Notes under the pieces: model-generated
The model's database searches: none
Seen by the model: the letters and a program-made list of their open reading frames with translations, nothing else
Told to the model about the DNA's origin: nothing
Part shown: positions 29,101 through 42,600 of the stretch, piece by piece
Layout of the letters: every line of letters starts with the position of its first letter
Numbering within the stretch: position 1 is the stretch's first letter
Origin: Trichoplax sp. H2
Taxonomy: Eukaryota
Direction: 5' to 3'
Assembly: GCA_003344405.1 (NCBI GenBank)
Contig: NOWV01000016.1
Coordinates: 248,001-312,000, forward strand
Length of the DNA stretch: 64,000 bases
Translations under genes and position numbers: made by a program

Positions 29101-32100
29101 GCTCGAGTAATTGGTACAGCGGTAAGATTCTTATAATAAACGATTACGCATTTGTCCCTTTAAAGATAAAGATAATATTACTTGATAAATACCCTATAGG
29201 AATGTCGACTTATTATTATTAAAAATTTAAACATATTTTCTTTTTAGGTGGTATCAGATATCAACAATACTTGGTACTTAATTCTTGGGTATGTTGCTTT
29301 AAATTAAATGAATGATTATATACAGTATTAACGACTTTTTATTGCAGTATTTCGTTACTGTTAATAAAATGATATTGGTTATATTTATCATGATTAACTA
29401 TTGATCTTTGTGTATTACAACGTTTAGTGCTGTTGGTGTCGCTATGGCTTGTTCTCTTGTTTATATTCTTATCATGAGGTAGATATAGGATAGATAATAT
29501 GTATATAATTAATATTTTGTATAAAATCTTTATAATTAAATTGTAGTGGAATGAAATAGTACAGTAATGATTCAATATTCTAACTGATAAGTATGAAATT
29601 TACAGATGGATAGCAGGTCCCATGGTATGGTTGAGCATGTTGGGATTAGTTGCAACATTATCGTATAGTAAGTAATCATTTTCGTTGTATAGTGACGTAT
29701 TATTTAATTATTAAAGGAAACTACGTAAATAGGTTAGATCTGATATTACAATTTCATTATATATTTATCCCTATTTTGTTGTATAACATAGGTGGTTATT
29801 ACTGTTTCAATCAGTACAGTATATTAAATGCTTCCAATAGCAGCATCAGTTTTAGTTTTACGACAAGCATAAAAGAGTATGGACAAATGAAGGAAACGTG
29901 GCTCGCTGGAGGTAAGATAAAGACATCATTAACGTTTTTCTTAAAACTAGATAAAATGAAAACATTCAATTTTGATATACCTTTGTTATACTTGCAATTG
30001 GGTGATAATATCTGTAATCATAGAAAATAAATTAATATTTCATTTTGTGTGCGATAGGAATTACCTCTGCTGTTGTAGGTGGCATCATTCTTCTTATTTT
30101 AATCTTCTTACGTGATCGTGTTAGCATCGCAATAGAACTAATTGAAGAAGCTAGCCAGTAAGCACTATATTAATAAGTAGCTTATTTTGGCTACGATTTG
30201 ACTAATTAACATTATAAAGGGTTTGAAAGAATTCTTACTATCTTTTTAAGTCTAATAATCTCATTGTTATTAGGGCTGTTCGAGCAATGTGTTCGACTAT
30301 TTTTTTCCCACTATTTTCATTCCTGTTGCAGCTTGCGACAATTGCCTGGTGGGTTGGCGTGGAACTGTATCTTAACATAAATTATTGTAGCATGAATACC
30401 GATTATAATCTGTGATCTTTTGTTAATGTATTATGAGATTTTTCCTTAATTTGTTGAAAGCTTTCTTTTATCCGCCGGAACAAAATTGTACGAAGTTACT
30501 TTAGTGCCAACGTCGGCAAATAGTAATTACACTGCGGCATCAGTTTGTAATCCTGCCGTAAGTTAAAATCTTTGTATATATCATTTTCGTCTTGGTATAA
30601 GCTTATGAAGGTTAATTAATTTTAGAACTAAGTGCTTGCATTTATATTTTTGATGGTATCTTAGAATTTCAGCCTTAGTGAGCTAAGTCGGGGAGTAATT
30701 TGTCAGTTTGTCAATTATGCTGGTGCCAAGTACGATAAGACAAATGATGTTATGGTTATAATTTTTATTACCGTGTTGCGGATACTTGTAGAGCTTATGA
30801 TATCATAACTATTGCATTTTAGTGCGTACATATACATGCAAATTTATCACCTTTTTGGTTTCCTTTGGGTGCTAAATTTTGTTATTGCACTGTCTCATTG
30901 CACACTTGCGGGGGCATTTGCTTCTTGGTATTGGGCATTTAATAAACCAGAGGTGAAGCCATTGCTGTTCTTATCGCGATTTTAAATTATTTACTTCCAA
31001 AAAGTGAAGTTTTTCATAAACGCGTTTATTCTTTTATACATTCACAGGACATTCCATCGGCTCCTTTATTGGGTTCATTATGGCGTTGTTTCAGGTTTGA
31101 TAACAGTTATAATTTTTATTTTTAGACCATACCTGCTGGGAGTTACAGTAATATAGAAACTATCCAATTTGTATCACCCTGTGAGTTAGATATCATATTG
31201 GCTCATTGGCTTTTGGAGCACTAATTATCGCTATTGTTCAATTAATTCGAATTATTATTGAATTTTTGGAAAAACAACTTCGAGGTTGGTATTTGCTAAT
31301 TATCATAAAATATTTTATTCATTTCGTTTTTACCGATAGTAATGATGATCCTATATGTTTTACTGTCTTTAAATAGCTGGTCCGCATGACAAGGCAAATC
31401 CTATACGAGAATTCTTCTTTAAGTACGTACTAAATTTATTTGCATGCTTTTTATTTATTTTTGAAGGTTTTTACGATATACTGTATCGTTTATGAGATAA
31501 CGACAGATTCTAATAGCAAAGTATAATTCATATATAGTTGTCTGAGGTGTTGTTTTTGGTGCTTGGAAAAGTTTCTCAAATTTATTAACAAGAACGCATA
31601 TATTGAGGTCTGTATAGTTATTATATTTCATGAATGCTTTGACTTAAATAATAGGTGCTTTTTGTTAAGCATTGTGGGATTCTGTACTTGATTTAGATCG
31701 CCATATACGGCAAGAACTTTTGTATTTCGGCTAAGAATGCTTTTAGTTTATTACTGCGAAACATTTTGAGGTATTCGAAAATAATTGTAAGGAATTCCTT
31801 ACACAGTGATATCATATTAGCTTTATATTACAAAATTTAGGGTTGCCATCGTGGATAATGTTACTGCTTTCTTGCTATTCTTGGGAAAGTTATTAATTGT
31901 GGGCATTACTGGTAAATTCTTCTCTCTTGACATGATCTTAAAAGGTATATTTCTTTATACAAATTCTTCTTATCTAATATTTATATTTACTTTCAGGAAT
32001 TGCTAGCTTCTATTACTTCAGAAATCGAAGTGACTTAAATTATTACTTGGTTCCTGTCATCGTAAGCGTAATAATTATCATTGTCATTACCCTGATATAG

Positions 32101-32478
32101 TACATAGATTATTATCAGCTAGTAATGATTAATAATGATGCTCTTTTATTAAATATAGATCATCATTGTATGCGCATATGTTATTGCAAGTGTCTTTTTC
32201 GGCGTTTATGATATGGCCGTAGACACACTATTCCTTTGTTTCCGTAAGTTTCGTACGATATATGCTTGTTTGTATGACATTGACTGCACTAGGCCGTAAA
32301 ATATTCATAAAATATTCTACTTCCGTGCGCAATTATAGTGGAAGATCTCGAAAGAAATGACGGATCCACTGAGAAGCCATATTTTATGTCCAAAGATCTC
32401 AAAAGGATCGTTCACAAAGAAAATGAAAAGCCTAAAGATGAGGCCGACAACAAAGCCGAAATGGCCGAAGTTGCATAA
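26120..32478 (+). CDS. SLC44A2: Choline transporter-like protein (CTL/SLC44, SLC44A2/4/5 clade), 28 exons, ~702 aa
   Basis: Exons 26120-26150, 27336-27384, 27713-27786, 27963-28013, 28102-28129, 28287-28371, 28503-28607, 28709-28769, 28867-28996, 29079-29121, 29248-29288, 29428-29478, 29606-29667, 29792-29911, 30058-30157, 30274-30366, 30461-30557, 30665-30729, 30823-30952, 31048-31094, 31190-31284, 31377-31422, 31538-31607, 31697-31770, 31841-31911, 31997-32061, 32159-32243, 32339-32478 splice GT-AG in frame (2109 nt). Family motifs: [108 protein letters not shown]. The symbol indicates the clade, not strict 1:1 orthology. Confidence 0.96.
30367..30460 (+). other. Probable U12-type (minor spliceosome) GT-AG intron
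   Basis: 5' end GTATCTTAAC; branch-point TTTCCTTAAT at 30441-30450, ending 10 nt before the intron end; no polypyrimidine tract; phase 2. Flanking exons join in frame (VEL|FLLSAG). Confidence 0.75.
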
Positions 32479-33628
32479 AATTCTACATGTTAATTATAAT
32501 TTTGACTTAACAATCTCAGAATCATTAAAAGGCTTCATTTGGTGGATTGTTTTTACGTTACTTGTGGATTTTAATAATAGCGAAGATCAAAGTGGTTAAT
32601 GACATCACACGTATTGTATATGTGTGAGTTCACGTTTTCGTAAAATATAGAATATTTGTAATTAAGGTAGCTGCGTTATATCAGAATATGTCTTAGATTA
32701 AACGCGGATCACATTTTAGAAGATGTGCTAATTTTAATGGTGTTTGTATTGCTGTAAGACTTTTTAAACGTTCATTCTCATGCTGTTAGTCGATCATTAA
32801 TTCACTGTAATCAGTATTAATATTACCATTTACCAACCTGCTTGGATAGTTAAGGTGTAACTGATCGGTGAGTAATTTTTTTCCGTACGTATACGTTGAC
32901 GACAATTTAGCAATATGTCATAGATAATTGCAGACCTGGTGTGCTACAATACTTATTCTGCTAGTGTGTCATTATGAAATACATGTTTTGCATTAATCTT
33001 GCTCGGAACGTTAAATAAAAATAATTGCCTTTAAGCTAGAATTTCTTTCAATATTAGCTTGATTTCATTGGTTCATTTTTTAGTCAATACCAAATTAGTA
33101 CATAAAAAACGATTTTTATTTATGATTTCGTAATTAATTTCTGTATACAGTACAGTATCATTTTTTAATGGTAAATTTTTACTTCGGTAAGAAATTGTTT
33201 ATTTATGAGCTGAGAAATATAATTGATATACTCGCTATATACAGTGCATTATCTTTTAGACAAGATATTATATTAACTTATGAATATCGTGATAGAAAAC
33301 TAGTAAGTGCAATATGCCATAATTTAACCGATGAGTGCGAATCGGTTACTACCATACAATTTTTAAGTATTAGAGTTATTCGATTTGACCGCACTATTGC
33401 TTGCAAATTAATGATTATTTTGCAAATGAAAGTAAAAATAAGTTAAGATATACTGCTTGGCTAAAATTGATGGAGAAAATCAGTTGAAACATGGAAATCT
33501 TATGATTGTAAAAATAATAATGAATTATTCTTGAATAGCGCAGTAAGGTATTTAATAGACTGTTAGTACACTCACAATCATGGTGGTGATTGCTAATGTG
33601 TTGCTGATATATTAATGAAAAATAGAGC

Positions 33629-36600
33629 TCAAATAGTAGCTTTACAGACGCTATTTAACAATTTTTGTAATTTGCCTTTTTGAGCAGAAATATTGAAACA
33701 ATCCTTTTCAAGTTTTTTACGATTTTGTTCCGAATTGTATAGTTGTTTAGATAATTTACAATTTTCCAAGTATAATTCGGATACTAAGATGTTATTGCGT
33801 TCCGTTTTATTCTCAGCTTCAATAATCTAAATTGAACGAATAGGTAGATAGTAGAAGCATTAGGTTGGTCACTGGTAAGGTAAATATTGAACAGGCATAT
33901 CGATCTAGTTGAGTTAATTAATAGATATTATTAACAAGACTAGTCTTAAACTGTCATACCTGTGCTCGCATCAAACTGATGTGACTTTCCATTGCATCGC
34001 GCGTTTCCTTTAATCTTAGACATAACTCTTCTTTCTCACGGAGTAAGTCACTTTTATCGCGTAAATGTTTCTCGATTTCGCGTTGGAACTCTTGCCGTTG
34101 CATATAACCTCCTGCTGCATAGCTTTCCATTTCTTTCTTTAATTGCAAATAATTGGTTTCCTTATCTAGCAGCTGTAATGAATGATACGATAATAGATAC
34201 CCAGTTCAGTACTGATAAAGAGTTATAGTTATCATAGGTAAGTAAATTAAGCAATAGGTTATCTAGCTAGACTGATAATTTATATAAAAGCTTGCATGTC
34301 ATTAGTTGAAAAATATCAGCTGTGGATATCCTACCTTATTTTTTAAAAGCCCTAATTCTTGCTGTAAAACATCCAGTTGCGCTTTCTCTTCCCGTTCTTT
34401 TTGTTGAATTTTCTCCGATAATTGGGTTACATCTAGTCGATGTAATTGCTTCTCGTTATTTAATTCCTGGACAGCTTGTTGGATCTAACAAAGATAGAAT
34501 CAATATGATTGTGATTAATAACAATGATAATATCCCATTGCTTATGCTATGATTATGGACAAATTTATTTAAAAAGATATTTTTCTCTATTAACCTTATT
34601 ATTGGATTCTTTCATTTCTTTTTCGGATGATTGTAGTTTGTTTTTAAGTAATTCAATTTCATTCTTAGATGCTTCTTGTATAGACGAAATTTGTTCCATA
34701 GATGATGCGTTTTGTTGCAATCTTTGCTCTAGTATTTGCCTTTGAGAGGTAACTTCAACTATTTCCATTCGCAAGGACTGTATAGTAATCTACAGTAATA
34801 CAATCAAGAGTAATATAGAATTTTTTTATTAATCCATTAATAGTCTTACAGGATCAATTCCATTGAAATAATTACTAATTAATCTAGCAATTTACTTACT
34901 TCAGACTTGATGATTTTTTCTCTTACTTCAGTTACTTCCTTTTCACTATTTTGATATTTCATTGTCAGCCGATCCATTTCCATCTGATATGCAGTTGTTT
35001 TTGCTGATTCTTTTTCAAGGCTTTCCTCTTTAGACTAAATAATTGAAGTATTAATTCTTAATCGTCTTATTCTACTATTGAGCACGAGTAAAGTTATGGA
35101 ATAACTAACTATGTAAGCACGGTAATAGATATTACACTATACCTTTTCAATCTCTTTGATGGTCATTTCGAGACTATCAATATTATCTACCAATAACTTA
35201 TTTCGTTCAGATAATTGACGAGTTGATTTTTCCCAATTGGCTTTTTCTCTATAAAATTATAAAATAATTAAAAAAATAATGAAGTCGATATAGAACTATT
35301 TACCTAATAGTATACTATATGAATAATATAGTGAACAAATTATATTGCATGAACTAGAACATATATATCGATAGATATCGACAATTAACTTACAGATAGT
35401 GCTCTTCAATCTTTTCTTGCAATTTTTTGGTACCTTCTTCAGAACTATTACCAACCAATGCTAATTTCTCTTCAAATAAGGCAAGTTTAGTCTCTAATTC
35501 GATATTTTCTTGCTGCATACGATTTAATTCATTTTGCACTTGTGAGCATTGGTTCATTAATGATTCACGTTCCGTATGCATAACTCGCATAATTTCAGCT
35601 TTATCTGCTTGATGTTCATCTTTCATAGTTTGATTGTCTAGCATTAATTTTTTCTTGTCAAGATTTAATTGATCTATTGATTTTTGCAGCTCTTGGCTTT
35701 GATGTGAGATAGCATTGCTTTTAGCCTTTTCCAATTCATCTTTATCACGATAATATTGCTCCATTAATTGTTGTATCTCAGCACGATGTTCTTGTTGCAA
35801 TAATTTTTTCAATTCATCTTTATCATGTCCATGCTGTTTGCGTAAATCTTCCATTTCTCTTTTCCATTTGTTCTCTTTCTCTTGTAATAGTTGTTCAAAT
35901 TTTAATTTCTCTTTATTAATATTATCCATTAATTCTTTTTGGTGTTTCGCTAACTCACTGGATTGATTACGTTCACGTTCTAATTTTATTTTCTCATCCA
36001 AAGTTTGTTTAAATTTAGCTTCCAATTGGCTCTTTTCTAATTCCAAACTATCTTTTTGCCGTTTAAACTCTTCATCTAATTTAATTTTTTCATCCGCTAA
36101 GACACGGCTTAATTCCTTTAAATCCTCTTCATGTTGTTGCTCTAAATCTTGACGTTTCTTTTGAAATAAAGCTTCAAATTCTTCACGTATTTTCTTACCA
36201 TCTTGATTCATTGATTTCTCTAACACCGATTTCTCGTTATTGAAATTTTGCTGTAATTCATTAATTTTCGATTCCAATGATTCTTGATGTTCACTTTCTA
36301 GTTGTTCTTTTAATCGATTTTTTTCACGGGCAAATCGATTCTCTAATTCAAGGCGTTCTTTTTCATAATTTGCTATAACGTCCATTTTTTCTTGATTTTT
36401 TTCCTCTTCTAATTTACTTTTATCAGATATAAAAATTTCTTCTAACTGGATCTTTTCTTGAAGATAGTCTTCTTCAAGATCTTTTCTTTCCTTCTCAAAA
36501 CGTTTCTCCATAGTTTCTTTTTCATCAGCATATGAATCAATAATTTGACTCCTTTCTTGATCGAATTCGTTCTCTAAATTTTCTTTCTCGATCTCGAAAT

Positions 36601-39600
36601 CTTTCCTTTTTTGCATTAATTCTTTCTTATGAGATTTTATTAACTCTTCACTTTCTTTATTTAATGAAGCAATTTCATTTTCTAATTCCTCAATTTTGCT
36701 ATTCAGGTCATTAATTAATTGATTGAGCTCTTCGATATGATGTTGTAATTGCTGCATTTCATCAGAATTACGACTTCTTTCTCCTGCTAATTTTTTTAGG
36801 TCGTCCAATTCACGTGCTAGAGTTTCACGAAGTTTAGCTGTTTCTCGATCATGAGTCTCATAAATTTCAATCTTTTCCTTAGTAAATGCATCATTTATTG
36901 AATTATACTTTTCTTTCCATTCTTCTATATCATTCTTTAAAGCTTCGACCTCTGTTAAAATGGATTCAAGTAGGGATATTACTTACTGTATTCCTACATC
37001 ATTATAGTGCAATCTATGGATTTCAAATATCTACTGCTGGCTATTTCTATCAGATCGTTGCTCACTAATGACAGGGTAGTTGTACTCTTGACAACGAATT
37101 GATGTTACTATTGATTTAAATGTTTTCTCGTACATCAGTTCAATTACATAAGTTTGAATTTGAATGATTGCTACTCAGGGCCAAAACTGCCCATTTGGGT
37201 AATACAGCAAGAAATTATTGACTCTATTGATGAGAAAGATCGATTTGACTACCGCACCACATAGAAATTATGGTTACAATTTGTATTCTAACGCTGAGAT
37301 GATTAAAATTAGATGCTTTGCTCACTTTAGACCTTGGTACTCAATTAAGATTGCCGATTAAGGCAATTTAAATACTAATTAAACTGGATCATCTATCTTG
37401 CAATGTCCTATCAAATTACATTACAAGAATCTATTCTAGTAATCATGCGAAATTGACGGGATAAACTGTTTGTGGTACTTGAATTGTAGTTTGAATTAAA
37501 CATGGTAGATCTAATATGATCGAAAGTACATATATATATTTACTTTATATATGTTAAACTAACATATACATATGTATTTCTTATACAAGCATATTGATTT
37601 ACTTCATATTTATTTATAATTAGCCAAAATTGATTCAATCTATTGTATCGTTGAAGGATAATTAACTTACGTCTTTCAGCTGCACTCGGCTCTCGCTCTT
37701 TCTTCAATTTCTTCAAGACATCCGATTCCGCGCCAGAACTTGTTTCAGAGCTAGATTCAGAATCAGAATCTGATTCGACAGTTCTTCGCTTAACGATTAA
37801 TGGCTTAGCATAATCGGATAAGACGGAGCCAACACGACCTACGCCTCTTCCTCCACCAACTCCACGAGGACCACCACGTCGATTAAATGTATTATTCAAC
37901 TGAGCAATTTGATCCTGATACTTATCACAGCGTGTTGTTAATTCATCGACTTGATCACGTAATTCACGATTTTGTTGCTCTAATTCCCGTAATTCTTGTT
38001 GAGCAAAACTGCTTTGTTGTTTATTCAGATCTTCACGTTGAGCATCAAATTCAGCCAACTAAAAGAGCAAAAATGCAAATAAATAGAAATGATCGATTAA
38101 GCGATGGTATTAAACGCAATAAAATCGGCTACTGATTAGAGTGATAGCGATGGGGAATATATGCATTATAACTTGTAGACTTTGTCCTCATCAACATACC
38201 TTAGAGGATAACTCTGAAGCTGACTCTAATTCCTTGGTTAATCGAAGGATATTTCGCTGAGCATCGAGTAATCTGCCTTGCGTTGATGCTAATTCAGCAC
38301 CTAAACGACTGTTTTCCTACAATGGATGTGATAAAAGGAGATGTTATTCTGCATGTAGGCTTAACTTGAATCAGGATAAAGGAAAAGTTATAATTATCCT
38401 CCAATCCATTATTGTGGATGGTGAGGGATTAAATCGTCTCATTAACCTATCAGTATTCTTATGAATAAAAATGGGATAGCCTGATGTTACTCACTCTGGT
38501 CAAACTATCCCTGATCTTACAAGTAGAGCAAGAAAAGAGTAAATATGATATACTACTAGCTCGCATAATTCAAGACTAAAATTTATTGACGCTCATTTAT
38601 TAAGTGAAGTATTTCATCAAATAATGTTGCTGAAGTGAGAGAGAGAAAGTAATTTAATTTTACTGCCTAGCTTAATTCAAGGATAAGGATTGTTATGCTC
38701 ATTTATCGATAGAATTATCGGATTAAACAGCCATTTAGAAGGGAAAGGGGTGTAATTTAATCCTACTAAATCGTTTAATTTAAGATTGAAAACACGATTG
38801 CTCGTTCTCTTATTCTTTAAAAACATCTAATTAAACCTATCAGCAGCTGCTTAGAAGAGCAGAAGAGTCATTTAATGCAATTCACTGGACTAATCCATAG
38901 CTAAGGATTATTACACTCGATTACGGAATGAAATAATCGAATCAAAGTATCAACAGCCTGTTCGAAAGAGTAATTTGATGCTAGTAACTAGTTTTAATTC
39001 AAACTAAAGGTTTATCGATTTTCAATCACCTAACCAAGTTACTTATTAAAGAAAGAAAAGAAGAGAGGGAGAGATAATTGGATGCTATTTAACCATTCTG
39101 ATACAAAATTAAAAGACTAAATTATTCGGCTGGTTTGTTAACAGAATCTTTCTAATTTTTACTATCTTGTCGTTCTAGCAAAGGCTATTCTTTACCTCTT
39201 CTGAGTCGGCTAATTTATCTTTCAAATTTTGCTCCTCATATCTCTGCTGACCAATAGAATTTTCCATTTTCTGGATCTGTTTGGTAGTCTGTTGATTCCA
39301 TTTCTCTCGTTCGACTTCCATCTCCTTATGTAGTGTTTGTAATCGACTTTGGAATTCTCGTTCGGCATTTCTATTGATTAATCAATTCAAAATTTATTTA
39401 GAATCATAAAGCTTGGACTGACTATTATGTATACGATAAAATTTTAACAATTAAGTATATACAGCGGATAATACGGACTTTAATATATTTTGATGTGTTC
39501 GATCTTGATCAGCGCTTCTTTCTTCTGATTCACGAATTAGCATAGTTTGTTCCTCACCAGCTCTTGCTAAATCACCCTTAAGTCGTTCTTTTTCAGCAAT

Positions 39601-42600
39601 GTGTTCCTCAATGGTAGATCTAGAAGTAGTGAATCAATATAATTATATACTGCTCGTAAATTCCTTTACAATCTTAGAAATTTACAATACTATTTCGATC
39701 GAAGACTGGACTAAAATGACAAGTAAAAGATCATATTAGCACGAGATTATTTTTATGATATCCTTAAAATTAGCATATTACCAACCTAAGGAATCCAACT
39801 TCACTTTTATATACACTTAAAATGGCTTGTGTAACAGCTATTGAAGAAAGATTAAAATTATTTTATGATGGGAAATTCGACTCCTATTACTATCTTATGA
39901 ATAAATTTTTTCATATTTTAAAGGGATCATAGAGATAGAATAGACCGATATGAAAAATCATATTGGCTTAAACTAACGTGGATCTTGACTCGTTTCAAGA
40001 ATAATATGTTCTAATGTTTCGGATAGTTGGCGAATACTAATTTTATTATCGGCATCCATTTCAAAGCTCTATAATTCATAATTTTCAATTAGTAATTTAA
40101 ATTTCATGCGTTAAAGGTTATTGAGATTAATTCAAAGGTCTTAAACCTGAATAACTTCTTGTGCATTAGCTAATCCTTCCTGAGCCAAAATATCACTAAC
40201 GGCTTCAGCCGGAACATAGCTGCAAGTTATACATTATTTTGATGATCATTAATTGTAAACATACAGGAAAATATTGTTTCAGTCGTAACGGAAATTGCAT
40301 ATTTGATTTCATAATAGAAGCGAGTACTAACCCACTATGGTTAGGATCTAACGAACTGAAGAGATCAGCAGTTTGATTAAAGGAATAGGGTGTTGGTACT
40401 CGACTGGTTTGAGAAGTGAGCTCCTCAGGTCCAAGGCGATTAATTGAAGCACGTCTCTGCAAAATTATTACAGCATTAAATCGAATTGAATAACGGCTAA
40501 ATAGATTCTTTTCTTCTTCTAACTGTTATCCTCCAATTACGTAATCTATGACTTAAAAAATGAAATATTAATTTAAATTATAGACCTTGAGCGATGCCGG
40601 TAGACGTAGTGTTTGTGGTGGAGTTCCGGGTAAAGATATCGGAGGAGAATTGGCAAAAGCGCCTAACTCTTTCACGATGGATAACCCATGTAAAAATTCG
40701 TCAAAACTAAGTGTGCCATCTTTATTTTCATCCAGTTCTTCAAAAAGAAAGGATAATTCCTAGGAGTTGAGAGGTATAAGAAAAGATTAGGATTAATAGG
40801 AAGTAGCCTGGAAATATCCTTTCATCTTGAACGGTCGAATAGAATATTAAAATTCTTGATTGAAAGTGCGTTGGTATAAATTAACTGTGCCTAGAAATAC
40901 CTCTTCATTTAAATTTTCCATTCCAATATGTTCGCAAACTGTTTTTAACTCGTGAACGTCAAGAAAACCTGCTTGACCCACATTGACTTCTTCCAAGATT
41001 GCTTTTAATCTTTCCCTTTCCTCTGCTGCTGCGAGTTCATCATCACTTGTGTAAGATCCTGGCTCGATTCGTGTACTATTTAGCGACATATTCCATTGTT
41101 GGTTGGCTGCAGTACTCTATTTCCAATGAAATTACGAACTATTTTACATCAATGCACTAGAAATTTGGCGCTATTTTAAACCAGAGTCTATTTTGCAGTT
41201 GATAACGGCATAAACTAGTCATTATGACGACATTTTAAATTCCTCTAAATTTGGTATAGAACTCCTACTCCACAAACTTACCGGAGCTGGCGATCCCGAT
41301 CTTTTACTATCACTGTAGCTATCAAAATCGTTGTCAGAATAAGATGTATCTGCTTCCGAATCCGGCCTTGATCTTCTTCCATATCGTTTCGCTCTTGTGC
41401 TTAAATGTCGAGTGGTTTCTATATGGATTAATGAAACGCTTAATGAGCCTTACAAAGTCAATTTACTGAAGGTGTCTGTGAACGATACAGTTAGATTCTA
41501 TTTCAAATTAGCCTTCTATAGAAACTTAGGTTACTATAACTATGATCTAGTCTATCATAGGCCAGTTCAATTCAGTTGGCTAGGGTTATATAGGATCATT
41601 TATTACTATGCTTGTGCTATACCATAGATTTATGATCCTATCTTTCAGCTTGATGAGCTCTTTATGTTATCATGTTATTGTACATGCAAATTCAATCCAA
41701 TGAACGTTATGCAGAATCATTTACGTGTATTACTATACTTGTGTTATGTTGTAGATTTATAATACCATCTTTCAACTTTATATAAGTTTTTTAAAATTAT
41801 AATATCCCAAGCGAAGTCTATCCAAATATGAATAAGTATGTATTACTATACTTGTGCTACGCTGTAGATTTATAATGTTATCTTTTAGCTTTAGAAGCTT
41901 TTTAAAAGTTTAAAATCACACGCAAATTCTGTCCAACTATGAGTAAGTGTTTATACGTATTACTATACATGGGGTATGCTGTAGATTATAATACCATCTT
42001 TCAGCCTTATAAGCTTTTTAAAGTATAATATCACTTGCGAATTCTATCCGATTAGCCATATGGAGAAAATCAATCGCTGTGCTTGTAATTAAGCAGATCA
42101 ATGGTAGTAATCTCTACTACTATATTGCATATCTTGTAAATATCCGTATAGTCAAAATCAAAACAATCAAGAATTTTACGGTAATATTCATATTTACTCT
42201 CATCCTAATAAACAGTTTGGATTGACAATAGTCTACTTTGGATTACTTTAATAATAGTATTGCAAAGGAGATTCCATTAATTTAATGATTTATTTATTTA
42301 GGCATAGTGTACAGACAATAAAACAGATAGCAATAATAACTTCTGTTGGACTTGATAGACTTACGTGATTCCGATTCGCTTTCACTAGTATCTGTTTCAG
42401 TAGCGCTTGCAACGCGAGATAAAACTTCTACAAATCCACTTTTAAATTGCTCGAAAGAAATCTAAATATATTATCAGTAAAAGAAATTAGCTAAATGTAT
42501 GATAGTAATTAATAAAATTAGTAAATTGTGGAAATGAAAGAGACTAAAACTGTAAAAATCAGCGACAATCAAGAAATCATAATCAGGTTGAGAATTTACT

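Noticed and set aside
32357-32599. 80-aa ORF from the track
   Set aside because: Out-of-frame overlap with the last SLC44 exon and its 3'UTR.
36966-36985. Upstream acceptor (tacag|TAAG) for the large ninein exon
   Set aside because: It leads to an immediate stop (LSNIPT*); the acceptor at 36951 keeps the frame.
33992-38135. Several plus-strand ORFs over the ninein gene
   Set aside because: Antisense shadows of coiled-coil exons.
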